A stretch of 32,000 nt of DNA from an uncultured Chloroflexia bacterium (GTDB lineage Bacteria > Chloroflexota > Ktedonobacteria > Ktedonobacterales > JADMIN01). Position 1 is the first letter of the stretch. Every line of letters starts with the position of its first letter. The stretch covers positions 30,001 through 62,000 of the forward strand of contig CAVRAI010000009.1 of assembly GCA_963718915.1 (NCBI GenBank), written 5' to 3'. A program made the position numbers and the translations under genes. The notes under the pieces are model-generated. The model did not search any database. It had not been told where the DNA came from and saw only the letters and a program-made list of their open reading frames with translations. Positions 7,140 through 15,641 of this stretch are shown here, piece by piece.

Positions 7140-7826
7140 CTACTCGCGTTTCTCCGTACGCTCTGGCCGCAAAGATGCGGGGATGACCTCAGGCTCTACC
7201 TTGCGCCACTCGACCTCAAATGCGCCGTTGAAACCGAAAAGCGGACCCCAGACGCGATTGTGTACGTTGACGTCGATGTGGAAGCGCTGATCCTTATCGT
7301 CGTACCACTCGCAGACATCGGCGATGCCGGAGAACAGTAGCGGGAAGCTAAAGCCCACGACGCCCTCGTACAAGCGCTGGTCGCCGGATCGCAGCCTGAG
7401 GCCGCCGCGCTCATCCACCTTGAGGTCAAGATCGACGGCGAGATGCTCGTCGCTTCCCAGATAATCCACGACGCAGCCGCATCGCTCGCTGTAGACCATG
7501 TAGGCGTCGAAGCGCCGTATGCGTCGGGTGTGGAATGTGCGAATCCAACTCACACTCTCGCGGCCTATCTCATCGACGAAGGCATAGTTCTCAATGGTGA
7601 AGGGTACATTGCGCCCGTGTTCGGGGAACATGATGCGTCGCCATGAGCCGATGTACAGGAAGGGCAAGGTATACGGAGCGCCATGCCAGATCTTGTCCAT
7701 GACGCCCGTGCCAATCGAGGCGATGCCGTCGCAGCTTTTCAGGCCGAAGCGGCGCTGTATCCGCGGATGCAGCCGCGCAAACTCTGATCCCAATGCCTGC
7801 TGGTAGATGGATGTCGTAGGTGTCAT
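7140..7826 (-). CDS. DUF4166 domain-containing protein
   Basis: Start at ATG 7826 (AGGAGC upstream). MTPTTSIYQQALGSEFARLHPRIQRRF... matches my recollection of the DUF4166 family, which co-occurs with DoxX-like/SRPBCC genes. The longer ORF up to 8069 runs into the IS end and is rejected. Confidence 0.8.
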   Translation of the reverse strand: MTPTTSIYQQALGSEFARLHPRIQRRFGLKSCDGIASIGTGVMDKIWHGAPYTLPFLYIGSWRRIMFPEHGRNVPFTIENYAFVDEIGRESVSWIRTFHTRRIRRFDAYMVYSERCGCVVDYLGSDEHLAVDLDLKVDERGGLRLRSGDQRLYEGVVGFSFPLLFSGIADVCEWYDDKDQRFHIDVNVHNRVWGPLFGFNGAFEVEWRKVEPEVIPASLRPERTEKRE

Positions 7827-7927
7827 GCAGGCCGCTCCTGGCGCTTGCGTCGGCAACGCCCTGCGAACGGACTTGCCGCGCCTGCGATCAAGCCGATGAC
7901 CGATAGCACAATGACGGAGAGGTTGAG
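7823..7927 (-). pseudogene. displaced 3' fragment (last 34 codons plus stop) of the IS-interrupted SRPBCC-DoxX gene
   Basis: Reads LNLSVIVLSVIGLIAGAASPFAGRCRRKRQERPA*, a hydrophobic helix plus basic tail. It joins in frame to ...AAFNPIT at 9183. Its TGA overlaps the DUF4166 ATG (ATGA coupling). Confidence 0.7.
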
Positions 7928-8090
7928 AGTCAACAACCCCCGCTTGAAAGCGGGGGCTTGCAGCTAGCCCGCGAGGGCCGCCGCGTCTGGCCGATTGACT
8001 GCGGCCCGGCTGCGAATATTCACCGCCGCGTTCACGTCGGCATGGGCGGAGAACCCACACGATCTGCAAAGGAACTTCGATTGACTCTTC
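7928..8090 (-). ncRNA. predicted omega-RNA (reRNA) scaffold overlapping the tnpB 3' end and right end; extent approximate
   Basis: By analogy with characterised TnpB systems, the guide RNA is made from the tnpB 3' end and RE. The terminal hairpin at 7937-7956 sits just inside the inferred RE. The guide would be the flanking TCTCAACCTCTCCGTC... (7928 downward). Confidence 0.35.
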
Positions 8091-9073
8091 CGATTTGCCT
8101 TTTCACAATGCCCACAGGCGCTACAGGTCTGGCTGGTATACGCTGGATTGACGTACACCACGCGCACGCCTGCCAGCGCCGCCTTGTAGGCAATGAAGGC
8201 GCGGAGTTGGAAGAAACCCCAACTATGCGGCACTCTCCGGTGGCGTTTGCGAACCGTTTTCCCAGCGCGCTCGCGGATGCCCTGCAAATCTTCGAGGGCA
8301 ATCCCGCGCTGGGTGCCTTTCGCCGTGCTGACAATCGCCTTCGACAGACAGTGGTTCACGTCCCTGACAAATCGCTTTTCGCGTCCACTGCGCTTTTTGA
8401 GCAACCGTTTCGCGCTCTTGGTACCCTTCTTCTGGAGCTTCTGTCGGAAGCGGCTATACCGAGCGCGCACCTGATTCACATGGCTGTGCTTTGGGCCAGC
8501 CGAGTAGTTCAGAAATTCGCCATCACTCGTGGTTGCCAGTTGGATGATGCCCAAGTCCACGCCGAGAAAATCATCCGTCTCGGTTGGCGGGGGTTCCGGC
8601 GCATCCACGGTAATCGCCAGAAAGAAGGTGTTAGTGGATGCGCGGTAGAGCAAGTCCGCTTGTCCGCGCGTGCGTTGGAGCATCCCTTCGGCATATACGC
8701 CAAAGCGGAACGGTACTTCTACCCGCCCGTCCAGCGTCAAGAGGGAGGCGCGATCAATGCGTGGGAACGAGAGAATGCGCTCATCGTAGACCATCGCGCC
8801 ATGCGGGCGAAAATGTGGCTGCTTCGACTTGTCGCGTTTGTAGGCTTCGCTCACCTTGCTAATCGCCCGTATCGTCATCTGCGACGACAGGCCAAACTGC
8901 TCACGGATGTCGTAGTAGACCAGCCGTTGCAAGGCAATCTTGTTGGCGCACCGCTCGCGAAAGGCCACCACCGCAATCACGTTGCAGGCGGCGTTGAATC
9001 GTTCCAGTGTCCGCAACAAGGCGGCATGCTGGTCAGGGGTCGGAGCCAGTTTGACGAGCAATGTTTGTTTCAT
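7964..9073 (-). CDS. tnpB: TnpB, RNA-guided RuvC-like nuclease (IS200/IS605 OrfB)
   Basis: 369 aa. RuvC triad contexts FLGVDLGI, GIALEDL and AHADVNAAVNI. Zn finger CSACGH...CRSCG. N-terminal MKQTLLVKL.P...Q is typical of OrfB_IS605. The ORF is intact. Confidence 0.95.
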   Translation of the reverse strand: MKQTLLVKLAPTPDQHAALLRTLERFNAACNVIAVVAFRERCANKIALQRLVYYDIREQFGLSSQMTIRAISKVSEAYKRDKSKQPHFRPHGAMVYDERILSFPRIDRASLLTLDGRVEVPFRFGVYAEGMLQRTRGQADLLYRASTNTFFLAITVDAPEPPPTETDDFLGVDLGIIQLATTSDGEFLNYSAGPKHSHVNQVRARYSRFRQKLQKKGTKSAKRLLKKRSGREKRFVRDVNHCLSKAIVSTAKGTQRGIALEDLQGIRERAGKTVRKRHRRVPHSWGFFQLRAFIAYKAALAGVRVVYVNPAYTSQTCSACGHCEKANRKSQSKFLCRSCGFSAHADVNAAVNIRSRAAVNRPDAAALAG

Positions 9074-9079
9074 AGAACA

Positions 9080-9108
9080 AGTGTATCATGATTGAGTGTG
9101 TGCTTCAA
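9080..9108 (-). promoter_or_regulatory. candidate promoter for tnpB (would give a leaderless mRNA)
   Basis: Minus strand reads TTGAAG (9108-9103), 17 nt, TACACT (9085-9080), then only 6 nt (TGTTCT) before ATG 9073. No Shine-Dalgarno sequence is present. Confidence 0.3.
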
Positions 9109-9983
9109 TCAGTCAGTACCGCCTGCGGGCGGCGGCGCATTCCTCCCCGCCATAAATGGACGGGGCTTCCTGCGCCGTTTCCTGTGATTGGATTGAACGC
9201 CGCGCCCAGGTATTGCGGCGAACGCAAGGCCACACCGATGGTTGCCGCCAGCATCAACGGGATGTTCAAGGCCAGCGGCCAGCGCTTGCGCCAGGTTGCC
9301 AGCAGGAGCACGCCAAATGCTACTTCGCACACACCGAGGAGCCGCACGAGTGTAGGCGCAGCACCGGCTGAGATGCCCGCGTTGAGCAGCATTGTCACCT
9401 CGTCGCGCTGCGTCAGCAACAGCTTCGGTACCAGGCCGTGGTAGAACCAGATAGCCGCAAGGGTGAGTCGCGCGAACGCATGAATGACGCTGTTGCGTAG
9501 CGACGAGGCGGGATCAATGCCGCGCTCGATCCAGAGACGCAGCCGGTCGAAGCTCCAGGCCGTCGCCCATCCTATGAGCGGGCGGAAGAGGATGGCGTCG
9601 AAGAGTTGGCCGAGCCGCCCGAACCGGGTACGGTAATCATACCAGGTGAGAAACTGGATGCCGCCGTCCTGCTGCACATAGCTCCAGTATCCCGACCCTT
9701 CGACGATGAGCGATTTGAGATCGTCGGACCAGAACTTCAGGGCGGAGGTGCGGCGATCCTCCGTCTCGCGTGTGCCAACACTCTCGCCCGCGCCGCTGAT
9801 ATCCAGGCCGAAACCGATGCGCGTGGCATAGCGGAAGCGTTGCGGCTCGGCGAGTGAGGGTCGCGGCAAGTAGTCGATGCTGGAGAAGCGGAGGTCCCAG
9901 CGCTGGTGGAGGTCCGGCGTCTGTGCCTTCTGCCAGAGATCCTCCATGTCGCCGTGGATCAGCGTCTCCACATAGATGCCCAT
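9105..9983 (-). CDS. SRPBCC (polyketide cyclase/START-like) plus DoxX-like membrane domain fusion, 3' end replaced by IS sequence
   Basis: The N-terminal half is soluble and SRPBCC-like. The C-terminal half is DoxX-like helices (LTLAAIWFYHGLVPKLL, VRLLGVCEVAFGVLLLA, LMLAATIGVAL). After ...FNPIT (9183) the last 26 aa (GNGAGSPVHLWRGGMRRRPQAVLTD) are encoded by the IS left end. Confidence 0.8.
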   Translation of the reverse strand: MGIYVETLIHGDMEDLWQKAQTPDLHQRWDLRFSSIDYLPRPSLAEPQRFRYATRIGFGLDISGAGESVGTRETEDRRTSALKFWSDDLKSLIVEGSGYWSYVQQDGGIQFLTWYDYRTRFGRLGQLFDAILFRPLIGWATAWSFDRLRLWIERGIDPASSLRNSVIHAFARLTLAAIWFYHGLVPKLLLTQRDEVTMLLNAGISAGAAPTLVRLLGVCEVAFGVLLLATWRKRWPLALNIPLMLAATIGVALRSPQYLGAAFNPITGNGAGSPVHLWRGGMRRRPQAVLTD

Positions 9984-10206
9984 GACTGCTGCTCCATGCT
10001 AGTCGAGATCGCCTATAAGGAAATGGTCACCTCATCTGTTGGCAGACTATAGTCGTTCGCATCCTTCGCGTCCAGACAGTTGCTTGGTCTCTCACATATC
10101 GGTCCCCTCAAGGGGTGACTCCAGCGCTTCGAGCAACGATAAGGTCCTCAGCGAAACCAGTATGAGCGCGCTTCTAACGCCAGACCTGTGGTACCACTGC
10201 TTCTCA

Positions 10207-10245
10207 GTGACATCGCGAGACATGCTATACTGGCGAGCAGTGAAC
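10207..10245 (+). promoter_or_regulatory. 39-nt promoter-like repeat, copy B, upstream of ORF 10283
   Basis: GTGACATCGCGAGACATGCTATACTGGCGAGCAGTGAAC with TATACT at 10226-10231. It lies about 50 nt upstream of ATG 10283, which has a GAGGGTGA RBS. Confidence 0.4.
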
Positions 10246-10282
10246 GAATGTTCCTCTCTTGCGAGAGAGTGAGGGTGACGAG

Positions 10283-10546
10283 ATGCAAGATTTCGCTGGT
10301 ATGAAGCTGCGCTGCAAGGATGGCCACTGGGAGATGGCGGACTTCGAGCTACGCAATATTCCTGGCGCGGCGGGATTCGAGATGTGGGTGGACTGTGAGG
10401 CGGGTGGCCATAACGGCGGCCACTGGCTCGCGCGCGATTCCGCCGACTCGGAGCGCGTGGTCGTCGTCAGCGTCCCCTATCAGTGGCCGTCAGCGGTAGA
10501 CGCCTTCGCCGCCCGCGACCGCTTCGCCGAACAACAGGGCAAATAG
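10283..10546 (+). CDS. hypothetical small protein (87 aa)
   Basis: MQDFAGMKLRCKDGHWEMADFELRNIPGAAGFEMWVDCEAGGHNGGHWLARD.... Host-like G/C-rich third positions, with an RBS and promoter motif upstream. No family recognised. Confidence 0.5.
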   Translation: MQDFAGMKLRCKDGHWEMADFELRNIPGAAGFEMWVDCEAGGHNGGHWLARDSADSERVVVVSVPYQWPSAVDAFAARDRFAEQQGK

Positions 10547-10562
10547 GAGCAGGCGCCGACTG

Positions 10563-11945
10563 CTATGCGCCTGCTCGTGCCGCCGCTTCGTCTCCTTGCA
10601 CAAAGCGAGCGCCCCAGATACCCACGACGCCAGCCACGAGTAACACCGGCACACCAATGATCAGGAAGGCATAGCCAGGGGAATTGCTATGCGTGATGCC
10701 TAACCCGTTAAAGAAGGCGTTGCTACTGAGGAAATCGCTCAGAGCGCCAGCGATGGTTGGGGCGAAGAGATCGCCGAAGAAGTGCGAGAGCAGCAGCGTG
10801 AGACCTACTGCTGCTGCTCGCTTCAGCGGAGTCACCACATCTTGCGATACCGCCGTCAATGGGCCGGAATTCACCTGCAACAGCGCGACGGTGATAATGA
10901 ACAGTGGGGTGAAGATGCCAAACACGCGCACGTTGACCGAAAGGCCAAAATCCGACACAATGGCGAGGATCGACGCGACGAAGAACGGTACCGCGAGAAT
11001 GAAGCTCCAGCCGCTGACCAGCACGCGCGCGCCCGGATAACGCTTGATGAGAGCATCCGCAATAGCGCCACCGGCGAGCAAACCAATAATCCCACCCACC
11101 ACGGTGCCGACGCCCACCAACGTTGTTGGCGAAACAGCCAGGCCCTGAAACTGCCGATCAAAGAGTGGGACGATGAAAACGAGCGTGGCGCCGAACACGA
11201 AGAAGCTCAATGCCTGCAGCACAACGACAATGCGCAGCGAGGGAATCCTCCACAATTCCACGATGCTGCGCCAGATACCGCGCACACCGCCACGCGCCAA
11301 CGCCGTTTCAGCGCTGACATCATCATCGGCGTGACGTGGCGGCTCCTTTGAGAGAAAAATCAGCAGCGCCAGGGCCAGGCCAGGGATGCCAAACACGTAA
11401 AATACTGGGCGCCACTGATCATTGAACACGCCGTAGAGCACACCGGCGCCGACAAAGCCCACAGCCAACCCAACAAGTAATCCCGTATTCCAGCGGCTCA
11501 TGACTTTTGCACGGTCTTTGCCAGGATAGCTCGAAGCTAACATGGACGTGCTCGCGGGGAAGTACGTCCCCTCGCCCAAACCAAGCGCTGCTCGCGTCGC
11601 AAAGATGAAGCCGTAACTTGGAGCGAGCGCCGTGAAGGTCGTCACAATGCTCCAAAAGGTGATACCCGCAGCCACAACATTCTTACGCTTGACTCGATCC
11701 GCTAACAGGCCCATTGGCAAAATGCTCAGGGTATATACAAACAGAAACGAGGTCGCCAACAAACCATATTGCGTATCCGAGAGGTTGAATTCGGTCTGTA
11801 CATGATCCCCAATGGCTAAGAACGCATAGCGGTCAGCATAATTGATAAAATTTGCCAGCCAGAGTAACCAGAAAATGTATCGTGCATAGCGGCGGGTAAA
11901 GGACACAGTGGCGCCTGCGGTTCGGGCGAGAGACGACTGGCTCAT
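10563..11945 (-). CDS. MFS transporter
   Basis: About 12 hydrophobic helices and the MFS signature region LPMGLLADRVKRKNVV. Start placed at ATG 11945 (MSQSSLARTAG...); the track start at 11981 is a TTG. Confidence 0.9.
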   Translation of the reverse strand: MSQSSLARTAGATVSFTRRYARYIFWLLWLANFINYADRYAFLAIGDHVQTEFNLSDTQYGLLATSFLFVYTLSILPMGLLADRVKRKNVVAAGITFWSIVTTFTALAPSYGFIFATRAALGLGEGTYFPASTSMLASSYPGKDRAKVMSRWNTGLLVGLAVGFVGAGVLYGVFNDQWRPVFYVFGIPGLALALLIFLSKEPPRHADDDVSAETALARGGVRGIWRSIVELWRIPSLRIVVVLQALSFFVFGATLVFIVPLFDRQFQGLAVSPTTLVGVGTVVGGIIGLLAGGAIADALIKRYPGARVLVSGWSFILAVPFFVASILAIVSDFGLSVNVRVFGIFTPLFIITVALLQVNSGPLTAVSQDVVTPLKRAAAVGLTLLLSHFFGDLFAPTIAGALSDFLSSNAFFNGLGITHSNSPGYAFLIIGVPVLLVAGVVGIWGARFVQGDEAAARAGA

Positions 11946-12083
11946 GCGGCATCCCCTATGGGCGTTTGCGGAAACGGGCAATCATAGCTGCATACGAGCA
12001 AGGGCTACAAAGCAACATAGCACACGTTCTGGACCAGGCGGCATGCGATCTGGCTATTTATGGCCGAGAGGGTATACCAGCAA

Positions 12084-13181
12084 TTACCCCGCCAGCAGCG
12101 CGCGCAGATGCGTGAGAAACTGCTCCGGCTGCTCGAACATCGGCGCGTGGCCACAGCTCCTCAGAACCACCTCGCGATACGCGCCGCCATTGCTGGCGTA
12201 GCGGTCCAGCAGCGTCCGTATCTGCGTCAGCATGGGCTGCGCCGGGAAGAGACGCCTGCCGGGCCAGCCGCGAATCATGGCATAGCGGCCAAGCATCGCC
12301 GGATCGAGCTGCGCCGCGTCGCTGACCATCACATCATCGCTGCCGCGCACCCAGAGGACCGGCGGCCCATCGCGCATCGCTCCTAATGGGGCAAGGTTAA
12401 GGTAGCCGGGTGAGAGCGCGTTGTTGGGGCCGTAGACTCCCGGCGCGACGTATGGCCAGTTGGGCGAGGCCACCTTGTCGCCGGGATAGTGCTGCTCGCC
12501 AATGCGCATCATCAGCATCTGCTCGACCAGAATATCCTCGCGCTCCGCCGCAAAGCGAAACGACGGACGCACCACCACATTGCGCAACGAGTAGCGCGCG
12601 GTAAACGGCGATCTGGCGGTAGCATCGCCTGCGTCAAAGCGCTCTGTCACCTGCGGATAGACCAGCCCGGCGCCGCTGCCCGCGCAATCCGGGTAGTTGG
12701 GTGTTCCCTCAGCGTCGCGGGTGCCTCCATATCCATAGGGCGAGCCGGTCGCGTGCAGCGTCAGCGTCCGCACCTGTTGCGGGTGATCGAGCAGGTATTG
12801 CATCGCGACGACGCCACCAAGCGACCACCCCAGCAGGTGAAACCGCCCCAGCCGGAGCGCCCTGGCCAGCGTGTGGATGTCGTCGGAGTAGTCGCGCACG
12901 CCCCGCGCCGCGTTCGTCGGCAGCGGCTCCGTTGCCCCATAGCCGCGCAGATCAGGCGCGATGATGTGATACTCCGGAAGGGCCGCCATCAGCTCCTCGA
13001 AGAAGCGCCCAGAGGTCATGTTGCCGTGAACCAGCACGAGTGTCTTGCCAGTGGCAGGGCCGCTCTCATAGATATGCTGCGTCAGGCGTGGGGTGCGCAC
13101 CATGCGCGAGCGAATACCGGGGAGCAGGGGATACCGCGAACCGGGCGGCGTATCACAGAAACCCTGAGGCGAGAGAGCCAT
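12084..13181 (-). CDS. alpha/beta-fold hydrolase
   Basis: LVLVHGNMTSGRFF oxyanion region, nucleophile elbow GWSLGG, and C-terminal CGHAPMFEQP (catalytic His context). GGAGGT RBS before ATG 13181. Confidence 0.9.
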   Translation of the reverse strand: MALSPQGFCDTPPGSRYPLLPGIRSRMVRTPRLTQHIYESGPATGKTLVLVHGNMTSGRFFEELMAALPEYHIIAPDLRGYGATEPLPTNAARGVRDYSDDIHTLARALRLGRFHLLGWSLGGVVAMQYLLDHPQQVRTLTLHATGSPYGYGGTRDAEGTPNYPDCAGSGAGLVYPQVTERFDAGDATARSPFTARYSLRNVVVRPSFRFAAEREDILVEQMLMMRIGEQHYPGDKVASPNWPYVAPGVYGPNNALSPGYLNLAPLGAMRDGPPVLWVRGSDDVMVSDAAQLDPAMLGRYAMIRGWPGRRLFPAQPMLTQIRTLLDRYASNGGAYREVVLRSCGHAPMFEQPEQFLTHLRALLAG

Positions 13182-13312
13182 GCAGCGACCTCCACAGCGA
13201 AATCAGCCGAGAGGTGACGTCAGTGTCACCCTCGCGCGGGTATTGCAACCAGTATAGCGGCTCTATGCAAGAGGGGGCAGGCGACGCGCATGAGCGAGGG
13301 GCAATTGGAGGC

Positions 13313-13425
13313 GGCTGGCGACTAAAGTCGCGCCTGAAGGGCCTGCGGCCACAAAACCCGCCTGCGCGGGTTGCAGACCATGGCTAGAGACCATGGCCAT
13401 TGAGGCGCGGTTTCAACCGCCCGCG
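13313..13425. repeat. nested-palindrome intergenic repeat, copy A (short form)
   Basis: Left arm GGCTGGCGACTAAAGTCGCGCCTGAAGGGCC plus GCCACAAAACCCGCCTGCGCGGGTT. Right arm GGCCATTGAGGCGCGGTTTCAACCGCCCGCGG. Contains an imperfect 13-bp tandem duplication (AGACCATGGC twice, 13375-13397). Confidence 0.85.
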
Positions 13426-13505
13426 GAATGCCCAGATCGAAAGCCCATTATATATTCATGCGCGCCCCAGCGCGGCGCGGCTGGCCGAAATTCGTCGCGC
13501 ATCTG

Positions 13506-13533
13506 TTGAGAAACGGGACTGTCACTCTACAAT
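13506..13533 (+). promoter_or_regulatory. candidate promoter of the DUF1992-pncB operon
   Basis: TTGAGA (13506-13511), 16 nt, then TACAAT (13528-13533). The predicted start site falls about at ATG 13539. Confidence 0.45.
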
Positions 13534-13538
13534 AATAG

Positions 13539-14135
13539 ATGGAGAAGAACAGCGGGAACGGCGAGATGACCACGAGTGGCGGAGATTTTTTCCGCCCTCA
13601 AAGGAGAGCATCTGTGAGCGATCAATCATCTACCAATGGACCACACGAGGGGAAGCCACACAAGACGCGCCGCCAGTGGACCGACCTGGTCGAAGAACTG
13701 CTGAGCGAGGCGCACGACCGGGGCGACTTCGATCATCTGGAGGGCAAAGGCAAGCCACTCGCGCTCGACCAGAACCCATACGCCGGGGATCGCGCCCTCG
13801 CCTATAGTCTGCTCAAGAACAATGATTTCGCGCCGCCAGAGATTGAACGCGGCAAAGAGATCGATAATGATATAAAGCGGGCAGAAGAAGTGCTGGCAAC
13901 CATGCGTCGTCGCCAACACGCGCTCGACGCCCGATTTGCGCACTCAGACGCGCGCCGCGCCTACAACGTCGCTCGTGACGCCGCCGAGGCCCGCTATGAG
14001 GCCCTGCTGGGTGAGATCAACAGCAAAATCCTGAGCCTGAACATCGTTGCGCCGAGCGTGATGCACCGACGCCGTCTCGATATTGAGGCGAAGATGCGGG
14101 AGTTCCGCGAGGAGTTTCCCCGACTGGAGGAGTGA
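13539..14135 (+). CDS. DUF1992 (DnaJC28-like) domain protein
   Basis: WTDLVEELLSEAHDRGDFDHLEGKGKPLALDQNPYAGDRALAYSLLKNNDFAPPEIERGKEI matches the DUF1992 core. Start is ambiguous: ATG 13539 (leaderless, at the predicted start site) or GTG 13614 (AAGGAG 7 nt upstream). Confidence 0.85.
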   Translation: MEKNSGNGEMTTSGGDFFRPQRRASVSDQSSTNGPHEGKPHKTRRQWTDLVEELLSEAHDRGDFDHLEGKGKPLALDQNPYAGDRALAYSLLKNNDFAPPEIERGKEIDNDIKRAEEVLATMRRRQHALDARFAHSDARRAYNVARDAAEARYEALLGEINSKILSLNIVAPSVMHRRRLDIEAKMREFREEFPRLEE

Positions 14136-14140
14136 CCAGC

Positions 14141-15598
14141 ATGCCGATGATGCCGCGCCGCGCGCCCGGATACCATCCGGGACTGCACACCGACATGTAC
14201 CATCCCGACTCCGCCTATGTCAGCTGGGTGACGGGCCGCAACGGACTGACCACCTTCGATCTCTATACGCGCACCGCGCCATTCAGCGGCGCGTATCTGC
14301 TGGTGGCCGGGCTGGAGGCCGCGCTCGAATTCGTGCAGTCGTTCCGCTATGCGCCCGAAGAGCTGGCGTTTCTGGCGCGCATCCGTGACTACGACCCGAC
14401 CTTTCTGGACGAGCTGGCCGACCTGCGCTTCACCGGCGATATCGCCGCCATGCCGGAGGGGTCCATCGCCTTCCCCAATGAGCCGCTGCTGCGGGTGACA
14501 GCGCCCTTTCGCGAGGCGATTCTGATGGAGGCGGGGCTGCTCCAGGCGGTCAATCTGGCGACGCTGATCGCGACGAAGGCCGCGCGTGTCGTCTGTGCCG
14601 CGCAGGGCCGCCGCGTCTCCGAGTTCGCCTTCCGCCGGGCGCAGAATCCGCTGGTGGTGGCGCGGTCATCTTATATCGGCGGCTGTACCAGCACCTCACT
14701 GCTGGCGGCTGCCTTCGAGTACCGCCTGCTGGCGACCGGCACCGTGCCCCATGCGCTTATCCAGCTCTTCGAGACCGAGGAGGACGCCTTCAGCGCCGTC
14801 GCCGAATCCTTCAACCGCTATACGTTGCTGCTCGACACCTACGATCCGCGCCGGGCCATCCATACCGCGATTGCCGTGGCGCGGCGGGCGCAGACGAGCC
14901 TGGGCCACACGCTGGCCGCCGTCCGGCTGGATAGCGGCGATCTGGTGGCTGATAGCCAGTACGTGCGCGAACAACTGGTTGCGGCGGATATGGGCAACGT
15001 CCGCATCCTCGCCAGCGGTGACCTCGACGAGTTCGAGATCGTCCGGCTGCTGGAAGAGGGCGCGCAGGTGGACGCATTTGGCGTGGGCACGGCGCTCGGA
15101 GCGGGCGTTGGCGATCCCGCGCAGGGTATCCCCGGCGGTGCGCTCGGTGGCGTCTACAAAGAGGCGTGGTATGTCGGTGAGGACGCCGTTGAGCACCCCA
15201 AGCTCAAGCTGGCGGGCAGCAAGACGACCTGGCCAGGCCGCAAGGAGGTCTATCGCCATCCCGCGTGGGAGGAAGATGTCATCCAGATCGAGGGCGAACC
15301 TGCGCCCGTGGGCTATACACGGCTGCTGCGTCCGGTGATGCGCGCCGGGCGGCTGGTTCCAGGTAGTCTGCCGCCGCTCTCGGAGGTCTGGGAGCTGGCC
15401 CAGGCCAATCTGGCGCGCCTGCCAGAGCGCTACCGCGCGCTGATCGCGAAGGAGCCGTATCCGGTACGGTTCAGCGCGGGACTGCAACGCCTGCGGGACG
15501 AGGCGACCGCGCTGGCGCAGGCTCAGGGCAAAGTGAGCGCACGGGACGACGCCGAAACCGCCGACCAGGAGCCGCCGGAGCCGAAGCGCAAACGCTAA
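14141..15598 (+). CDS. pncB: nicotinate phosphoribosyltransferase
   Basis: NAPRTase family by recollection of its overall pattern (LHTDMY...AYLLVAGLEAALEFV...RFTGDI.AMPEG...HALIQ...LLLDTYD...VRLDSGDL...ASGDLDE). ATG 14141 lies 7 nt after GGAGGAG and overlaps the upstream stop region. Confidence 0.85.
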   Translation: MPMMPRRAPGYHPGLHTDMYHPDSAYVSWVTGRNGLTTFDLYTRTAPFSGAYLLVAGLEAALEFVQSFRYAPEELAFLARIRDYDPTFLDELADLRFTGDIAAMPEGSIAFPNEPLLRVTAPFREAILMEAGLLQAVNLATLIATKAARVVCAAQGRRVSEFAFRRAQNPLVVARSSYIGGCTSTSLLAAAFEYRLLATGTVPHALIQLFETEEDAFSAVAESFNRYTLLLDTYDPRRAIHTAIAVARRAQTSLGHTLAAVRLDSGDLVADSQYVREQLVAADMGNVRILASGDLDEFEIVRLLEEGAQVDAFGVGTALGAGVGDPAQGIPGGALGGVYKEAWYVGEDAVEHPKLKLAGSKTTWPGRKEVYRHPAWEEDVIQIEGEPAPVGYTRLLRPVMRAGRLVPGSLPPLSEVWELAQANLARLPERYRALIAKEPYPVRFSAGLQRLRDEATALAQAQGKVSARDDAETADQEPPEPKRKR

Positions 15599-15641
15599 CA
15601 GCAACACAACTGGGCAAACGGCCAACCTAGACGCCTGTGTC

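Larger units (their letters stand above)
7928..9182 (-). mobile_element. IS200/IS605-family element, tnpB-only (IS1341-like), about 1.25 kb; ends +/- 3 nt
   Basis: Boundaries inferred from the in-frame rejoining of the split host gene. No target duplication is seen, as expected for this family. Subterminal hairpin near the 3' end: CCCCCGC-TTGAAA-GCGGGGG (7937-7956). GC-rich hairpins also occur near the 5' end (9119-9170). No tnpA. Confidence 0.8.

Noticed and set aside
7827-8069. 81-codon N-terminal extension of the DUF4166 ORF (track ORF 7140..8069).
   Set aside because: It runs through the displaced DoxX 3' fragment and into the IS right end and tnpB 3' end. ATG 7826 has an RBS and is stop/start-coupled to the reconstructed upstream gene.
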